This document shows, one piece after another, positions 1 to 13,873 of a DNA stretch of 64,000 nt. Below the pieces are notes generated by a model, which saw nothing but the letters and a program-made list of their open reading frames with translations, ran no database searches and was not told the DNA's origin. Position 1 is the stretch's first letter. Every line of letters begins with the position of its first letter. The DNA is from Azolla caroliniana (taxonomy: Eukaryota; Plantae; Polypodiophyta): contig JBHGNT010000001.1 in the NCBI GenBank assembly GCA_043228905.1, forward strand, positions 28,830,001 through 28,894,000, read 5' to 3'. Position numbers and translations under genes: made by a program.

Positions 1-1762
1 CCCCATCTACATCAAACTCTCGTACACCGACTGGAATGGTTACAGGGATAAATCCACCTTTCAACTTCAGAAGCAGAAGCATGTGTGCGCCACCAGTATA
101 TCTAAGGCCAATATGATACCTGCCAAAAACCCTCATTTTTTTCTCTCTTCTTTTAAAAACAAAGCAAAGTCCCAAAAGGGATGCTGCCAAATATTATAAT
201 TTGTTTCTAGCAAAAACAGTTTTTTGTCCTTAATGAAAACCGAATAGCTCCAGACTCAATAAAGAGATGGATTTGGCCTCTCTCAAAAGCATTGTTTCTC
301 CATATACATTCACTTATGGATTCAGTTTTTTGCTCCCCAACACTTGCATAAATTGCAGCATATAATTTTTGCATTTATAGGGACATTATGCTAGTAAATG
401 TAGTTTTTGTGTTCATTAGACACATTGCATGACATTGCACTTCCAATATCATTCCCTATATCTTTTTAATTCTTGATAATATACAATTTTTTCCACTTCT
501 CAATTTTCAAGAGATTCTATCTTCCTATGACTTGGATGCAATCCAGAGGTTGCTTTTTGCCAAGAGCTAATGATTTACTTGCAATCAATTGTGTATATAA
601 ATAGGTAATTAAATTTTGACACTAAAATGGGAGATTTTGATGACAATGACAAGAATATACTGCCTATATGACTAAAAAACTCTATACTGCTTGCTGTACT
701 CTTTTTCCTCCCAACACCTCAAATCATAACTCTGAAAATGTTTCTGCAATGTCGCCCTTAAAAAAAACTATGCTACTCCTTATATATCAATAAAGCTTCA
801 AAATATATGTGATAGATATCATTGCAAACAAAAACATGAGATTACACTCACTGAAGATCGTCAGCACGGCGCGATGTTCTCCTCTCGACACTTCTGATGG
901 AAAGAGGCTCATCGCCAAGATCGAACCTCTTGATTTCAACCCTTTTTACATAATCTGGCTTCTTCAAATTATCAATAAGGGGTTGCAAAAGATTAACAAG
1001 CCAACTCTCAAGCCCAAGCCTATAGATTTTCCATAGTTTCCCAAGAACCATATTTACCCACTCTACAGACTCTTTCTTCTTCAGATCCCCCTCTAAGAAC
1101 ACTGATATTCCTGTAGGAGCTTTAGCTTCGCTTGACCTGCTTTTTCTTCCCAGATCAATGGCACTAGAAAAGGGAACTTCAATCATGGACGACCGCCCAA
1201 TTCTCTGACCAATTGCAATCCCAAAAATGAAGACAAATCCAAAAAGAGCTGCAAGAGCACCTTTGGATGCCAGCAAGGGAACTGTAGATGATGATGATTC
1301 CAAGTTTATCAATCCATTTCCTACTACGTCAGAGTAAATCTTGTTGAAAGCAGAGGAAGAAGACCGAGAAATAGCATTGGCGCTTGAACCCGGTTTAGGA
1401 TGGCTTGATCCTGAGATGGGTTTGAGGTATTTCTTCCCAAACCTTTCTTCTTCTTCTTCTTTCCATTGTTTCCATGGCTGAGGACCTCTGTCGCTGAACA
1501 AGCTCCCATGAGAGCTGTATTTCGAAGGAGGGAGGAGTCTGACTCGTTCGTTCCTAGCAAGGTCGAAGAGGTCATGAGCAGAGGCTGGAGAGGGAGGTTC
1601 TTCTTCACTCTTCACAGAAAAAAGAACGATCTGATGCTTAACACAACGTGATCTGTGGGGTAGAAATCTATGTCTGAGCGGAAAGAATTCAGTGCTAGGG
1701 TTGGGGTTTTGTGCGAGTAAAGTGCGAGAGCCTCTAGTGTCCCATGAGGAGGAAGAAACCAT
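1..1762 (-). CDS. SMP/C2-domain (synaptotagmin/tricalbin-like, NTMC2T5-type) protein, 5' exons; gene continues beyond window start
   Basis: Exon 1 (1762-852) encodes a transit-peptide-like N-terminus, a TM helix and the SMP start (KKESVEWVNMVLGKLWKIYR...LGDEPLSIRSVERRTSRRADDL). GT donor at 851 and AG acceptor at 121-120. Exon 2 (119-1) continues in frame as Q-YHIGLRYTGGAHMLLLLKLKGGFIPVTIPVGVREFDVDG, matching plant NTMC2T5-like proteins. Confidence 0.85.
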
Positions 1763-1934
1763 TTACACAGTTTGAATGTGGAGAAAACCATCGCCTAATC
1801 ACAAGGAGAGATGGCTATGGGACCTTCCTCTCCCGGGGCACCTCTGCACGTGTGTTTCCATGGAAGGTTCCTCCTGGGTCATTTGGTCCATCAGGATTCC
1901 TCCACGTGTAGGGACGCGTGCCATGAGGCACCTA

Positions 1935-2039
1935 TCATCTTCTTCTTCTTCTTCTTCTTCATCGTCATCATCTTCATCTTCATCTTCATCATCATCACTA
2001 TCATCATCACCATCACCATCACCATCACCATCACCATCA
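1935..2039. repeat. Compound microsatellite (TCT)n-(TCA)n-(TCACCA)n upstream of the SMP/C2 gene
   Basis: Directly visible; it accounts for the poly-S and poly-F/I ORFs in the track. Confidence 0.9.
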
Positions 2040-3611
2040 GAAGTGATCGAGTTAGCGGCTACCGTCTTTTCATACTACCGCCACATATAGATAGACATCG
2101 AGTTTACCTCGCCATGTACAAGCTCATTACAATCGATCTCATGTGGACCGTTCGGTTTGGTAATTGGGACAAGCTCTGTGATCAAACCCATGTGGACCAT
2201 GAGGTTCTTAGGACAAGTTCGTCTTCATCAAGTTGTGTGGAGCATGAAATTCAGTTGGCTCTCTCTTCTCGTGAGGTTAGCCCATTTGTGACACAAGTGC
2301 CACCAAACACATAGTTCAAAATATAGAAGACAAAAGTCCTACTTGGTCATGTGTGAGGTTTTCATACTCGAGCTCATACAAGTAATGCAATTAATTGGAT
2401 GTCGTAGACCTATGTCAACCATGAGGTCATTGGTTTTCTCTACTTTTGAGGATGATGAGGTTATTGGGATTTGTTGGTATTGATTGACTTACGCGGATGT
2501 TGTGCTAACATAATGAGTTGGTTCTAGGATTATTGATCATGGGGTGGATGACCTGCTTTTCATAGACTTGTGGGAATATGAAATTAATAGGATGAGTTGT
2601 TCTTGCCAACTTGTGGTTGGGTAGGTCAAACTCATGGATACTTTGGAGTCATTAAATCAATATGCAACATTGCTCGTCTTTTTTACAACATGGAAACCGT
2701 TAGGTTTCTAATTTGATCAATTGATACGCCACTTAATTTATGAGGGCTCATTCACCCATGTTGAGGCGGTCATGATCGAACTCACTAAGGAACAAAAAAG
2801 TGTACTAAGGGTTTTTGAGGATAATGTGGTTGTCAACTCAATACATTGATATGCTTGTACTCCAATGATTGAAGTCATGAAGACCTCGAAATGACTAGGA
2901 TGAGGCATTGAGGCTTCAATCAATTATTTCCTCTCTTGAGGATTCAAGGTCTTTTGTCAAATCCTTGTCATCCACTATTGGTGTTTAGAGTTGGGAACAT
3001 AGTTTAAGTGTTTTGTCATGAAGATGAGGTACGGTATTTATTCATTGAGTTATGAAGATAGTACATGTGATTTCAAGCTAAAAAACATGAAGACTATTTA
3101 TAATGAATGTTTAAACTTGTTGCTTTAGACTCAAATCTTTGCATTTCTATAAATGGTTAGTTCAAAAGTCACTTATATAATGTATCAAGCCGAGATGTTT
3201 ACACATTGTAATGTCTTCTTTCGCTGTCTTCTTTCGCTTGAACTGAGACCAAAAATCATTAAATGAAATGTTTTCTTTTTTATGTGCCAATTTCAACACA
3301 TATTTACACAAAAATAAATTCTTCCCTTGTGTGAAACATGTTTTTTCTCGTTTGGGTACATTGATGCGAATCAAAGGCCACATCTTTTTAAAGTTGTGCA
3401 TACCATGATTCCTGGCTTTATCAGATGGTGACCCCTTATTAATACAAGCTTTGCAAGTCTTCTTACCGGTGTTTCAATTGGTTGAAAATCATCAACCAAA
3501 TGAGCAGAACAACATGGTCATGACAATATGGATTGATGCTGCAAGCATGCTACAAACAGAAGTTTAGTGGTCAGTCAACTGTACAGGAAAACATATATTT
3601 TGCCCCACTTG

Positions 3612-5423
3612 TTACCTTATCTCTATCGTTCCATCTAAATTTGCTACATAGCCTTCAGCATTCATGAGTCGTCGCAACCTACATTGTTTTGGATCCAAGC
3701 TGTAATTCTCCATCATCACGGTCATATTCTCACACACAACAAATTCATACACTTTGTGTCCAATTTCAATCCAAGCCTGCCCAGGTTTCTTCCATGCTAT
3801 TGCACATTTTCTCATCTCCTGGATTTCATTGTACTCCTTCCACATTTGAGCATTAGCATATATACTTGACATGAGCATATAGGCAGAACCATCGGTAGGA
3901 TCTAAATGCTTGATTTTAGTGAAACATTCCCTCCCAACTTCCACATTCCCGAATTTCCTACACGCTGTGAGAAGAGACATCCATCCAGTTGCATCCTTTT
4001 TAGGACCTGGAATTGAGCTTAGCACCTCATTTGCTTCATGTAATCGTCCAGATCGGCTTAGAAGATCCACAACACAAAAGAGATGGTCTGTAGTAGGTGC
4101 AATGGCATGCGTTTTTGTCATGGCTTCGAAATGCATGTACCCATCTTGGATATATCCTGTGTGACTACATGCTGTGAGGATTGATGTATAAGTTGAACCG
4201 GTCGGATGCAACCCCTCTTTTAACATGTTTTCCAGACACTGCATTGCCATTTTGTAATTTCCACGATCAGAATAGCCACCAATTAAGGCATTCCATGACA
4301 CCGTATTCCTGTTGTGTAAAAGCTTAAGAGCTCGATGTGCTTCTTTAAAGCTGCCACATTTTGCATACATGTCGATGATAGTGCTTCCTACCACCACATT
4401 CATGTCTAGGGCACTTCTAACTACATGTTCATGTATGACCCTACCCTTCCTTGCTGCCCCAACACTACCACACGCTTTTAGAAGGAACAAGAAGGTGACC
4501 CTATCAGGTTCTAAACCTTCCTCACACATTTTCTCAAAACAATCAATGGCCAAGAATCCACGGCCATGTTCTGAAAACCCAGCAATTATGGCCGCCCATG
4601 ACACCACATCTCTTTGGGGTAAGTGTTCAAAAACCTTCTGAGCCTCCTCCAAACTCCCACACTTGATATACATATCGATCAATGTGTTGCCCACTGCAAC
4701 ATCAGATTGATGGCCGCTACTAATTATTTGATCGTGCATTACCTTCCCGAGGCTAACGGCTCCAACACAACAACATGCTTTTAAGATGGAGAGATATGAC
4801 ACTCTATCTGGTTTGATGCCTTGTTCTTGCATTGTTTGGAAGAGTTCAAGTGCTCTATCTGCATACCCATGTTGAGCATATGCTGCAATGATGGTACTCC
4901 ATGAGATTAAGTCGGGTTCTAATGAGTGCGAGAACACTTTGAAAGCATCATGTAGGCACTTGCATTTAGCATACATGTCAACCAATGAGTTAAGCACCAC
5001 TACCTCCGCATCGAAAAAGGATCTAATCAATTGATCGTGCATCAACTTCCCCTGTTCCAAGTCTCCCATGCTAGCACAAGCTCTCAAAGCACAGGTGAAG
5101 ACATATTGGTCGGGATCGGTACCATAGAGTGACATTCGTTGATATAAACAAAGGGCGGCAGAATACTCACCATGGATGACGTGCGAAGTCATTATGGCAT
5201 GCCATGTGAAAACACTAGGGTCTTCAACCCTACAAAAGAGAATATTGGCTTCGAATAAGCTAGCCGAGGACCCGAGGAGGCGGATAAGAGGGTCTGTAAG
5301 AGCGCCCATAGAATCGAGACCCATCCATGCCATATGGGCGAGCACATTTCGGCCGTAGGCAACGTTCTTCTGCCTTGTACATGCCTCTAGGAGAGAATAT
5401 ATAGTCTCTCGGTTTAAGGACAT
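3612..5423 (-). CDS. Pentatricopeptide repeat protein, PLS class with E/E+ domain and no DYW domain (likely organellar RNA-editing factor)
   Basis: 603-aa ORF with repeated P-L-S motifs (NSLVDMYAKC, DVVSWAAIIAGF, PDRVTFLFLLKAC), E domain (CVVDLLSRSGRL...WMSLLTACRKFGN), PG box (KKPGQAWIEI) and an E+ end (LMNAEGYVAN). No HSE/CxxCH/DYW motif follows. Confidence 0.93.
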   Translation of the reverse strand: MSLNRETIYSLLEACTRQKNVAYGRNVLAHMAWMGLDSMGALTDPLIRLLGSSASLFEANILFCRVEDPSVFTWHAIMTSHVIHGEYSAALCLYQRMSLYGTDPDQYVFTCALRACASMGDLEQGKLMHDQLIRSFFDAEVVVLNSLVDMYAKCKCLHDAFKVFSHSLEPDLISWSTIIAAYAQHGYADRALELFQTMQEQGIKPDRVSYLSILKACCCVGAVSLGKVMHDQIISSGHQSDVAVGNTLIDMYIKCGSLEEAQKVFEHLPQRDVVSWAAIIAGFSEHGRGFLAIDCFEKMCEEGLEPDRVTFLFLLKACGSVGAARKGRVIHEHVVRSALDMNVVVGSTIIDMYAKCGSFKEAHRALKLLHNRNTVSWNALIGGYSDRGNYKMAMQCLENMLKEGLHPTGSTYTSILTACSHTGYIQDGYMHFEAMTKTHAIAPTTDHLFCVVDLLSRSGRLHEANEVLSSIPGPKKDATGWMSLLTACRKFGNVEVGRECFTKIKHLDPTDGSAYMLMSSIYANAQMWKEYNEIQEMRKCAIAWKKPGQAWIEIGHKVYEFVVCENMTVMMENYSLDPKQCRLRRLMNAEGYVANLDGTIEIR

Positions 5424-7716
5424 GGCGTAACAGCACCTACGAAATGAAGCCCTGTGGGGTGAGATTTACATGTCGAGAGGAGATTAGGGTTCCCCATCTG
5501 ATCGGCTATTGCTGCTAGGCTGCGTTAGGCACATGAGATGTACCCCGTGGCCGAAGTCGTGGTGATGACGGGCTACCTCCTGTGCAGAGACAGAGGGGAG
5601 GGGGGGACAACATAAGAAATAAAACCAGAAGACAACTTACAAACCCAAGTAATTAATTAATGAAGAAGCTAGAAACAGTTCTCTTAATGTCACCATAGTG
5701 TTCTTATTACTTACATACTTAGTTTGCTATGTGGCAATCGCCTTAAAGGAACAAACCCAAATGATCCCATGTTTTTGTTTATGCCATGAATGGCCGTTCA
5801 AACGTTCTCGGTCGTCTCTTTCCCGTAGAACCCTCCCTCCTCAGACCCACCACCTTGTCGTCCAAATTACTCTATGTGTGTATGTGTGTGTGCAGTTCTC
5901 ACCTGTTTTATACGATAGATTCATCCCCCATCTTGAGGGGTACATATTGCATAACATGTCGGTCTGCAATTTGAGTTTAACCTTGGATAACATGTTGACT
6001 TTATTGCATTCGTATGCTTGCTTTCAATCCATGGCCACAAGTACATATATACATATTACATTGCAATGCTAGTTTAATGTCGCATAATATGTTGACTTTG
6101 TTGCATTCATATGCTCGATTTCAATCTCAGTAATTTGTGCAACATGGTTAGGTAGTGAAGTATACAACTAAACAGATAGCAATGGCTACTATGTTTTCAT
6201 AGTCAACAAATATGAGGTATTATTTAGCTTATTTTTCTTTTCTTTCTTCCTTGCAATCTTCTTCTATTTGTCAAGCGGGTTTCATAAGGTCAATTCTCTT
6301 AATACACATGAATGAAATGTAGCAAAATTTGTCCACTTATATTTCTTCTATCAATCAAGTATGCGTCAATAAAGGTCAACTTGGTCAACTCCCTTTATAT
6401 ATTTTGTTCATTCTCTTTGACCAAGTTGACCAAGGGGGGCATATTAAGGTAATACATACTCCCTTCAGAACATTGCCGCTAATATATGTTGAGGTTCTTG
6501 TATAGGTTGTGTAGTACATGCAATTATCTTTCCAATTGTTTATGGTAAAGGGGGTTTTCTGTTGAACATTGATGCACTTATTATTGAGGGAAGAGTGGAT
6601 GAATTGAAGTTCGTACAATCAATTGACTTCGATGTCACTTAAACACTTCGTCTCCAAATAGATCAACAAAAAAAGTGATATCAAAAAACAAAATAAATTT
6701 CCAAATAACAAATTATCTAACATAACAAAGCCCATTCTACACTCACTATCCTATCTAGAAGGACATCCCAACATATCAACATTTTGTCAACATCTTATTC
6801 GCATTTTGCATATTGATACTACATGCACAAACCATATTTGAATGTTGTGCTACTCTAATTGTCTTAAACAGACATAACAACATGTTAATGAATATCATAA
6901 AGAAGTTTGCATGCATGTACATATATTGATCATTAATGTTGTCGCAACCATATCTATGCACCCTCTCCTATAGGTAAGGATGCATCCAAGCAGAGAATAC
7001 AATGGGTGAGCATCATGTTCTAGAGTTTTGAGATTTCTAAGAGTACACATCTTGTGATTTATAATCAATACCTAATATACATGTCGTTTACCTCAAACTT
7101 GGATAGTTTGCTCTCGTAAGACAATATTATTTCCTTTTTATCTTGTTTTTGTGCACACAAACCTCTCTCCCTCACATGCAAGTACTTGGAAATTAGCCTC
7201 TAACATAAACAATATTTACGTAAAAGACAAAAAAGCTCCTCTTATGAAGTAACAATGTAGTTATATTTTTGCCCTTCTAAGGGTAAATTTCATGGGTTTC
7301 GGTAATGCTTTCTAACTCTCCATACTAAGAAACCTCAAAATTCCAAGTCATGAAATCACCAATATTAATTATTGATCTATCACACGTAATAATAACTATT
7401 TAGAATTGGGGAAGGAGTAAGAAGAAAAGGAAAATATCAAGAAAAGGAATTGTATTATGAACAAGAAAGACAAGGTGTACAATTGTGTGTTGAAGGCCTT
7501 GGCGTGTACAAAGGAGTTCATGTGTTTGAATCCCCCAAAATCCTATGACATTGTGTAGTGTCATGAGAGGCAATAGTTACTACACAAAAGAAATTTATGG
7601 ACACATCAAAATGTTATAGCTATGTTTTCATAACTATGACATCCTCCCCATGAAAACATTCACACACAAATAGATAAACACATACAATCATACATGCAAA
7701 TCTCTATATAAACTAA

Positions 7717-7741
7717 CACACACACACACACACACACTCAC

Positions 7742-7775
<34 letters not shown>
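7717..7775. repeat. (CA)n-(CT)n microsatellite
   Basis: Directly visible. Confidence 0.9.
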
Positions 7776-7776
<1 letters not shown>

Positions 7777-7855
7777 TGGTCCAAATGAAGTTCGCTATTC
7801 TCTTAATGGGTTGAGCTAGATTGTTATTGTGGGGTTTGCTCGAACTTTTTAGATG

Positions 7856-7992
7856 GATGAATTAATTAATGTCATTGAGTTCAACAAAGTGCCCATGTAG
7901 TGGCTCCAACACATGCATGATCAGAGGGATGAATTAATTAATGTCACTAAGTTCAACAAAGTGCCCATGTACTAGCTCTGGCACATGCATGA
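7856..7992. repeat. Two ~72-bp tandem direct repeats downstream of HKT copy 1
   Basis: GATGAATTAATTAATGTCA...GTTCAACAAAGTGCCCATGTA...CACATGCATGA occurs twice. Confidence 0.8.
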
Positions 7993-8136
7993 ATCATTTA
8001 AGAAGAAATAGATAATTGTATCTCCCTAACATCGAGGATATCGTAAATGCACATGCATGAACAATTCAACAAGGAAAAAGATATTTCCATTAGAGACAAG
8101 AAACAATAAATGTTTGCAAAACTAATGTCATGTGAT

Positions 8137-11100
8137 TCAACTATAGGAGGGAAGTGATATAGCCCAATCTAAATCATCGGGAAGCCCACGATGTCTACCC
8201 AATAACATTACGCATACGAGAATGACTTTCCCCGTAGTACTCCATTTTCCAGAGAAACTATAGGGAACATCCACGCATGTATCCTTTGATGAAGATAATT
8301 GTAAGGCACAACTATATCCGAATGAGAGTCCAACATTTCCATATGCGCTATGCACAATGATACAACGAGTTAGTATATTATTTATTTATCTCTCAACTAT
8401 TGCAACAAAAACATTGTTAGAAGAAGTCTTTGAGTTAGAGGTTATAGCACAAAAAGGTTCTCTAGTGTGAAAAAGAAAGAGTTGTTTGAACTTTTCACCA
8501 ATATTTGTTGGCAAGATAATTATATATTTGGATTAATGAATCATTTAAGGACTTGGAGTTCAGAAGTTTATGAATTTTGACTAAACTATTGAGGCATGGT
8601 GATAAAATTAAGAAAACTATAAATATTCAAAATAGAAGCATATGGTTAACTTGAGAGTGGGCATACCTGATAATCTCAAAGAGAATATTAAAGATGGAGA
8701 AGTTGAGAGGATCGTCTTGGATGGAGTTGCGCTCAGTCACGCAAATCCAAAAGGTTGCAATGACGAGGTAGAGAGAATCACGAGCTAGGAGCACACGAAA
8801 TATTCTAATCATCTTCTCCGTCGATGTAGTTATCATCCCTTCTTGTGAATTAGCCATCACTTCCTTTGAGTTAATAATTCGTCCATTCACTTGTTCTTTA
8901 CTCCTTTCTCGAGATAAATAAACTGGATATACAGCTATATACCTGTGAATTTGAAAGATCACTTTCAATACCCATCTTAAAATATCTAACGGAAATATTA
9001 ACAAACACCCCTCATACTAAGGATAACATCAAAACAACACTCTTATATATTGATACTTTTTTTGTTCTACTCCAAAGGGAAAATGGTGGTCCTAATTGAT
9101 GTTGTTTCCTAATAAAGTCACCATGGTTTACTTTCATTTCTTTTTTGTATAGAGCTTTGTGGGAGTATCTAATGTAAAATGTCCATAACATCTAGAATAT
9201 CTACGTTTTAATATCCAAAGTTCAAACTACAAAATTTGACATTGTAATTTGTATTCATAGCATTTTATTTGTATAGCTTTTTCTTGCTTATAGTCATGAC
9301 TCATGAGCATATGGACACCCTCGATGGAATTGCTCAAGTGGCCATTGCTTTATGCAAAAACTACTACTCTTCTATATCGAATCCGCAGTAGGCGGCTTAG
9401 TTCTTTCTTTTTCTGTCCGCTGTTTGTTAAGTAGCATGGGCCATTCTTGCTACTGATTTAGCCTTTGTTGCTGCGACCATGGCGGCTTATACATCTGGTT
9501 TGGCCGCTCAGTCTGACTTTTCGTTTGCTTCAGCTCCGAGGACTTTTTAAGCACCTGTTATTTTGCATCCTTTTGGCCTTTGCGTTACCAGATTTCATCT
9601 CGCAAGCTGGCCGATTTCTGCTTTAGTGGGATTTTGCCTTGACCCGCTCTATTTGTGTTGTTCCAGTTTCGTTATTTGTTGGCTTCCATTGGATTTGTTC
9701 GTTGATCGTTTAGTAACTTGACTATGGCCACCGTCCCTTCTTGGTCCTGGTCTTGGTCACCCAACTAGTGGGCAATGTCAAGGTTTGATCAAATGTCTTT
9801 TTTGTTCTTCTTAATGTGTGGCGGGAGGAGGAGATATTTGAAACATACAATCAACTGCCATTTAGATCGCTACAGAATGGAAAAGGAACTTTAGGTTTAT
9901 CAATATATGAACATGCTTGCATACTTGCATATTAGGCGGATCAAGGTGCACACGATGGAGGATCTCTAAGGTATACTAGGTCCTGTGCTCTAGTTTTGCT
10001 AGATGAAGAGTTCTTCTACAGTATATGTTTTTATGTCATGTAATTCAATTAATCATGTAGTTATGATAGTCTGATCATAACATATGAATGAGCGATCTCG
10101 ATCACCATTTACAATCTTGGAGTATGGGTTGGGCAGCGATCAGCGGTGAGTGTCATCTACAATACAAGTCTTTGGTATTATATCCACTGGGTGAGGAGGC
10201 AATGGGGGTAAAGGGCCAAATGTCCATAATTTCTAAACACTCAATTACAAGACTGTATAATATATATTGCAGTCTTTGTATTGAGTGGTAATATGCATAT
10301 ACGTACATACATACATGTATATATGCATTATATATTTACTATAGTCTATACACACACAAAGAGATTCTCCATGCAAGAAATCCACGGAGTCACATGCAAG
10401 TGTTTGTTTTTAGAGAGTGATTGAGGTAAGAAGCTCACATCATGACAAGCAGTAGAACGAGGGTGGGTGGAGAGAAGGCGGTGACATTGGCGACATTCAG
10501 GCCTGCATTGCGAGTGGTGATGGACGAGAAGAGGGCGTTCACGAACTTATCGCCATCGGACGTGAGCCCAGCGAACACGGGTCCATGCCAATCGAGCCCA
10601 CAAATGGCTACCAATTGGATGGTGCTCAACAAAGCCACACTGAAGAGCAACCACAGCGTCTCAGACCTCGGGAAGAGGTGAGTGAAGCACCGGCGCGGGC
10701 TGGTGAGCAGATAGTGCAAAGCCGCCCGTCTGCGGAGCTTCTTCTTGGTCTTGATGTCCCCGGGGTTTATTTCGTCATCGGCGGGGGCACCCCCTTCCAA
10801 CTTATAAAACACCCATACCACCCCTCTCATGGCAGGGGCAAAGAGAGTGTTCCCCATCAAGATCAACACACACATCCATAGCAGGAACGCGGATTCCTGC
10901 TGCATCGGCACCAGATTGTCGTCCAGCAGGGCGAAGCCCGCATTGGCGAATGCCGAGACCGTAGAGAAGAGCGCGAAGAACGCCCGGTTCACGTTCCTTT
11001 CTCGTAGGATCCGCCTCGCCCTCTCGCTGCTCAACACGGTCACCAAACAGACGAGGAAGCCCAGCGCTTGCATCGCGATGAAGTACATGCTCACCGCCCA

Positions 11101-12105
11101 GCTCAGTATGACCAACGCCTCTTGCTCGATCAGCCCTCTTACTGGAGGCTCCCCACCTTTGCTCATATTGTTCTGATTAGGTTGATGGGCGGCAGAAAGC
11201 GGATCTGCCGTGACATCTGGAGAATATGGTAGGTTATGGTTTGTTGGCTGCTCCTGCGGCTGCGGCTGGCCGGCGGCGGATTTGATGTGTTGAAACCATT
11301 TCAAGCTGGGTAGGAGTGGCATGGAAGCGGCTCTTCTCACCAGCTTCGCGGCTGGCGGGGGTAGCGGAGAATCAACCAACTCCTGCGGCTCCCTGGATTC
11401 CAGGTCTGCATGCGCTGCTGCTTCCATCATCATCAGAGGAACAGGAGATAAGCTGGCATCATGGTCACCTCCTCCAATTAAACTGGATCCAAAACGACCA
11501 GCGGCCCTTTGGGAAGGAGCCGAAGATTCGAGATGCTTCTTCCAGAGCGAGGTGAAGGAGAATGGAGTCGTGGGAGATTGGGAAGGCTTGGGGAGGGAGG
11601 AGAGGGAGAATCGGGAGATGGAGCGGGTGGAGACGGCGCCGCGGATGAAGAGCGGGATGGCGGACGTGAAGACCTGGCTGCCGAGGATCATGAGGAGGAG
11701 GATGAAGGCCTGGGCGGGTGCGGAGAAGCGATGCATTGGGATGGTGCCCAGCCCGGTGACGGTGAGCGCCGAGACGGAGGTGAAGAGGGTGTCGACGAAC
11801 GGCAGGCGATCGTGGGGACCGATGGGCCCATCGCTCGTGGTCGGCGCCGGCGCCGGCGCCCACAGCCACAGCGCCACCGCACCCGCCCCAGAGAAGAACA
11901 GGAAGTACGTGACGTGGAGGCGGCGGAAGGACGTGGTGCTGCGCAGCAGCTGCCGCCGCCCCCGCCCCCCTGATGGCGCCACGTGGCAGGCCCTCCAGTC
12001 GGGGAGCGCCACGTGGCAGCGGCCTGCCAGCGACCCCAGCCACCGCCCGGTCATCCTGCCAATCATTCCTTTTGCTATAACTCCTCGTCTCCGCACACGG
12101 CTCAT
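8137..12105 (-). CDS. HKT: HKT/Trk-family cation transporter, copy 1 (3 exons, 717 aa)
   Basis: Exons 12105-10439, 8942-8667 and 8347-8137 with GT/AG boundaries total 2154 nt in frame. Pore motifs are [25 protein letters not shown] and SAYGNVGLS, plus [16 protein letters not shown] and FSGKWS...MLLGR. The two-intron layout is typical of plant HKTs. Confidence 0.95.
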
Positions 12106-13732
12106 AAGAAAGAAGAAGCGATTGGCGCCTTAGTCTACTCTCTATATATTTTCATACCTACCTCCAATCCCAATGTCAAAACGGAAGCATCTCGATTATC
12201 CACCCACCATTTTCACCGGACTCTGCTGAATACCTACCTGTCTATATACATACATATGTCTACACAATTATCGGGCTTGGTTTTCATGTGTATGTAAGTC
12301 ATTCATGCCCTAAAGCAAACATACGCGTGAGTCTCAACTCTCAAGGTCACATCCACCCTTTACCCTCGGATCTCGATGTGGACATCCCCCTCTCTCACTC
12401 TCAACATATAACTTCAAATTGGATAAGTGATCAATCGCAACTTTTACTAAATGAAATCCCCTCCTCATGCATGCATGATCATCAAATCTCCACCCAAAGT
12501 AGCTACACCCCTATTCTTAGGGATCAAACTAATGATAAAATAAAAATAATAAAAATAATAAAAAGAGATTAAGGAGAATAATATATTAGGAGTGCTTAAT
12601 CACATTGACTACCCACGAGCAATGGACCCGAGACACGAGACAGACATAAAATACCATTAGTGTCTTGTACCATTGAATATTATCCTATATGATACCTTGC
12701 TTACCCTCATCGAGTCACCATATAAAGTCTCGATGGTGTCTTGAGATGTCATCGAAAAGGGGGGTTACAACTAGTCCCCTTTATGTAGCTTGGCAACTAA
12801 CTCTCCCAGACCATGTGTTCCCACATGTTATAGGTCCACTGTCCATATGGGTTTGTCCTAGTTCCTAGGTAATTGGTTTCCCAACTATATTCTCCTTAAC
12901 ACCATTAAAATTAGCTATAGAATTTGTATGCAAGGTTCTGTCAATAGAACAAAGACCATGCTTAATAGTGTTTATTTTATCGAAGTTTCCTCACCTCATG
13001 AATGACAAAAATAAATTGTATATCTTGCTAGGTTATGGACGTGTTAAATCTCTTCGTTGTTTTGCTTGGGCATGTTATTAGATATGTTAGTTGACATTTG
13101 CTTGAGGAACAAATCCAATCAAGATTTGGAGATGTAAATTTACTAGTCATCTAAACTTTTATATTCACACTCTTCCCTAATATTGACCAAAGGTTCCCAA
13201 ATGGATACAACAACATTGTGATTGAGCGATTGTTATTATTTGTTGGTCCACTACGGGAAGATCAACGATGATAGAGTTGAGGTACACAAAGTGATACAAG
13301 TACATTGTTGAATCTTTTGTCAATGTGACACATACATGTATCATTTTATTTTGTCCTTTGCTTCTACTTTTTAGATATCTTCCTTGTGACCTGTTCACCA
13401 ATTTTTTAATATGGATTAGTTTACAAATCTTGTTCATAGATGAATTTGTCAAACCCTCTTTGCCAAGGAAATGACCGTCCAATAATGATGTGGAATAAGA
13501 CAAATTACAATTGTGATGAATGTCCTCTCATCCCATCATATTGTCATATCAAGGATGCTAAATATGTTTTTTTTATAGGTGATGGGAATCTTTAATGAAA
13601 ATAAACACTTGTTTTTTCCTTGTTTTAATGCTTTCTATATTAGCCTCTCAAAACAAATACACTTTGTTGCCATGCTAAACATCAAGATGGTTTACAATCC
13701 ACTAGGGAACAAAGAGTTGACCATTAAAGTAA

Positions 13733-13873
13733 GCTTAACATAACGGGTGGTGTTTAAGATAAACGTACTTAAAAAAGACAAATAAATGTCAACGTGATTC
13801 CGCTTAACAAAATGGGTGGTGTTTACGATAAACGTATTTAAAAAGGATAAATAAATATCAATGTTATTCCACA
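13733..13873. repeat. Two ~70-bp tandem repeats
   Basis: TTAACA(T/A)AA(C/T)GGGTGGTGTTTA(A/C)GATAAACGTA...AATAAAT(G/A)TCAA(C/T)GT(G/T)ATTCC occurs twice. Confidence 0.75.

Noticed and set aside
1776-2314. Poly-Ser and poly-Phe/Ile ORFs
   Set aside because: Products of the tri/hexanucleotide microsatellite; no domain evidence.
9350-9830. GC-elevated segment in intron 1 of HKT copy 1
   Set aside because: Probably a repeat fragment, but no recognisable ends or coding motifs.
10442-12133. Long antisense and alternate-frame ORFs over HKT exon 1 (also at 46582-47195 and 58644-60103)
   Set aside because: Expected shadows of GC-rich codon usage; no independent motifs.
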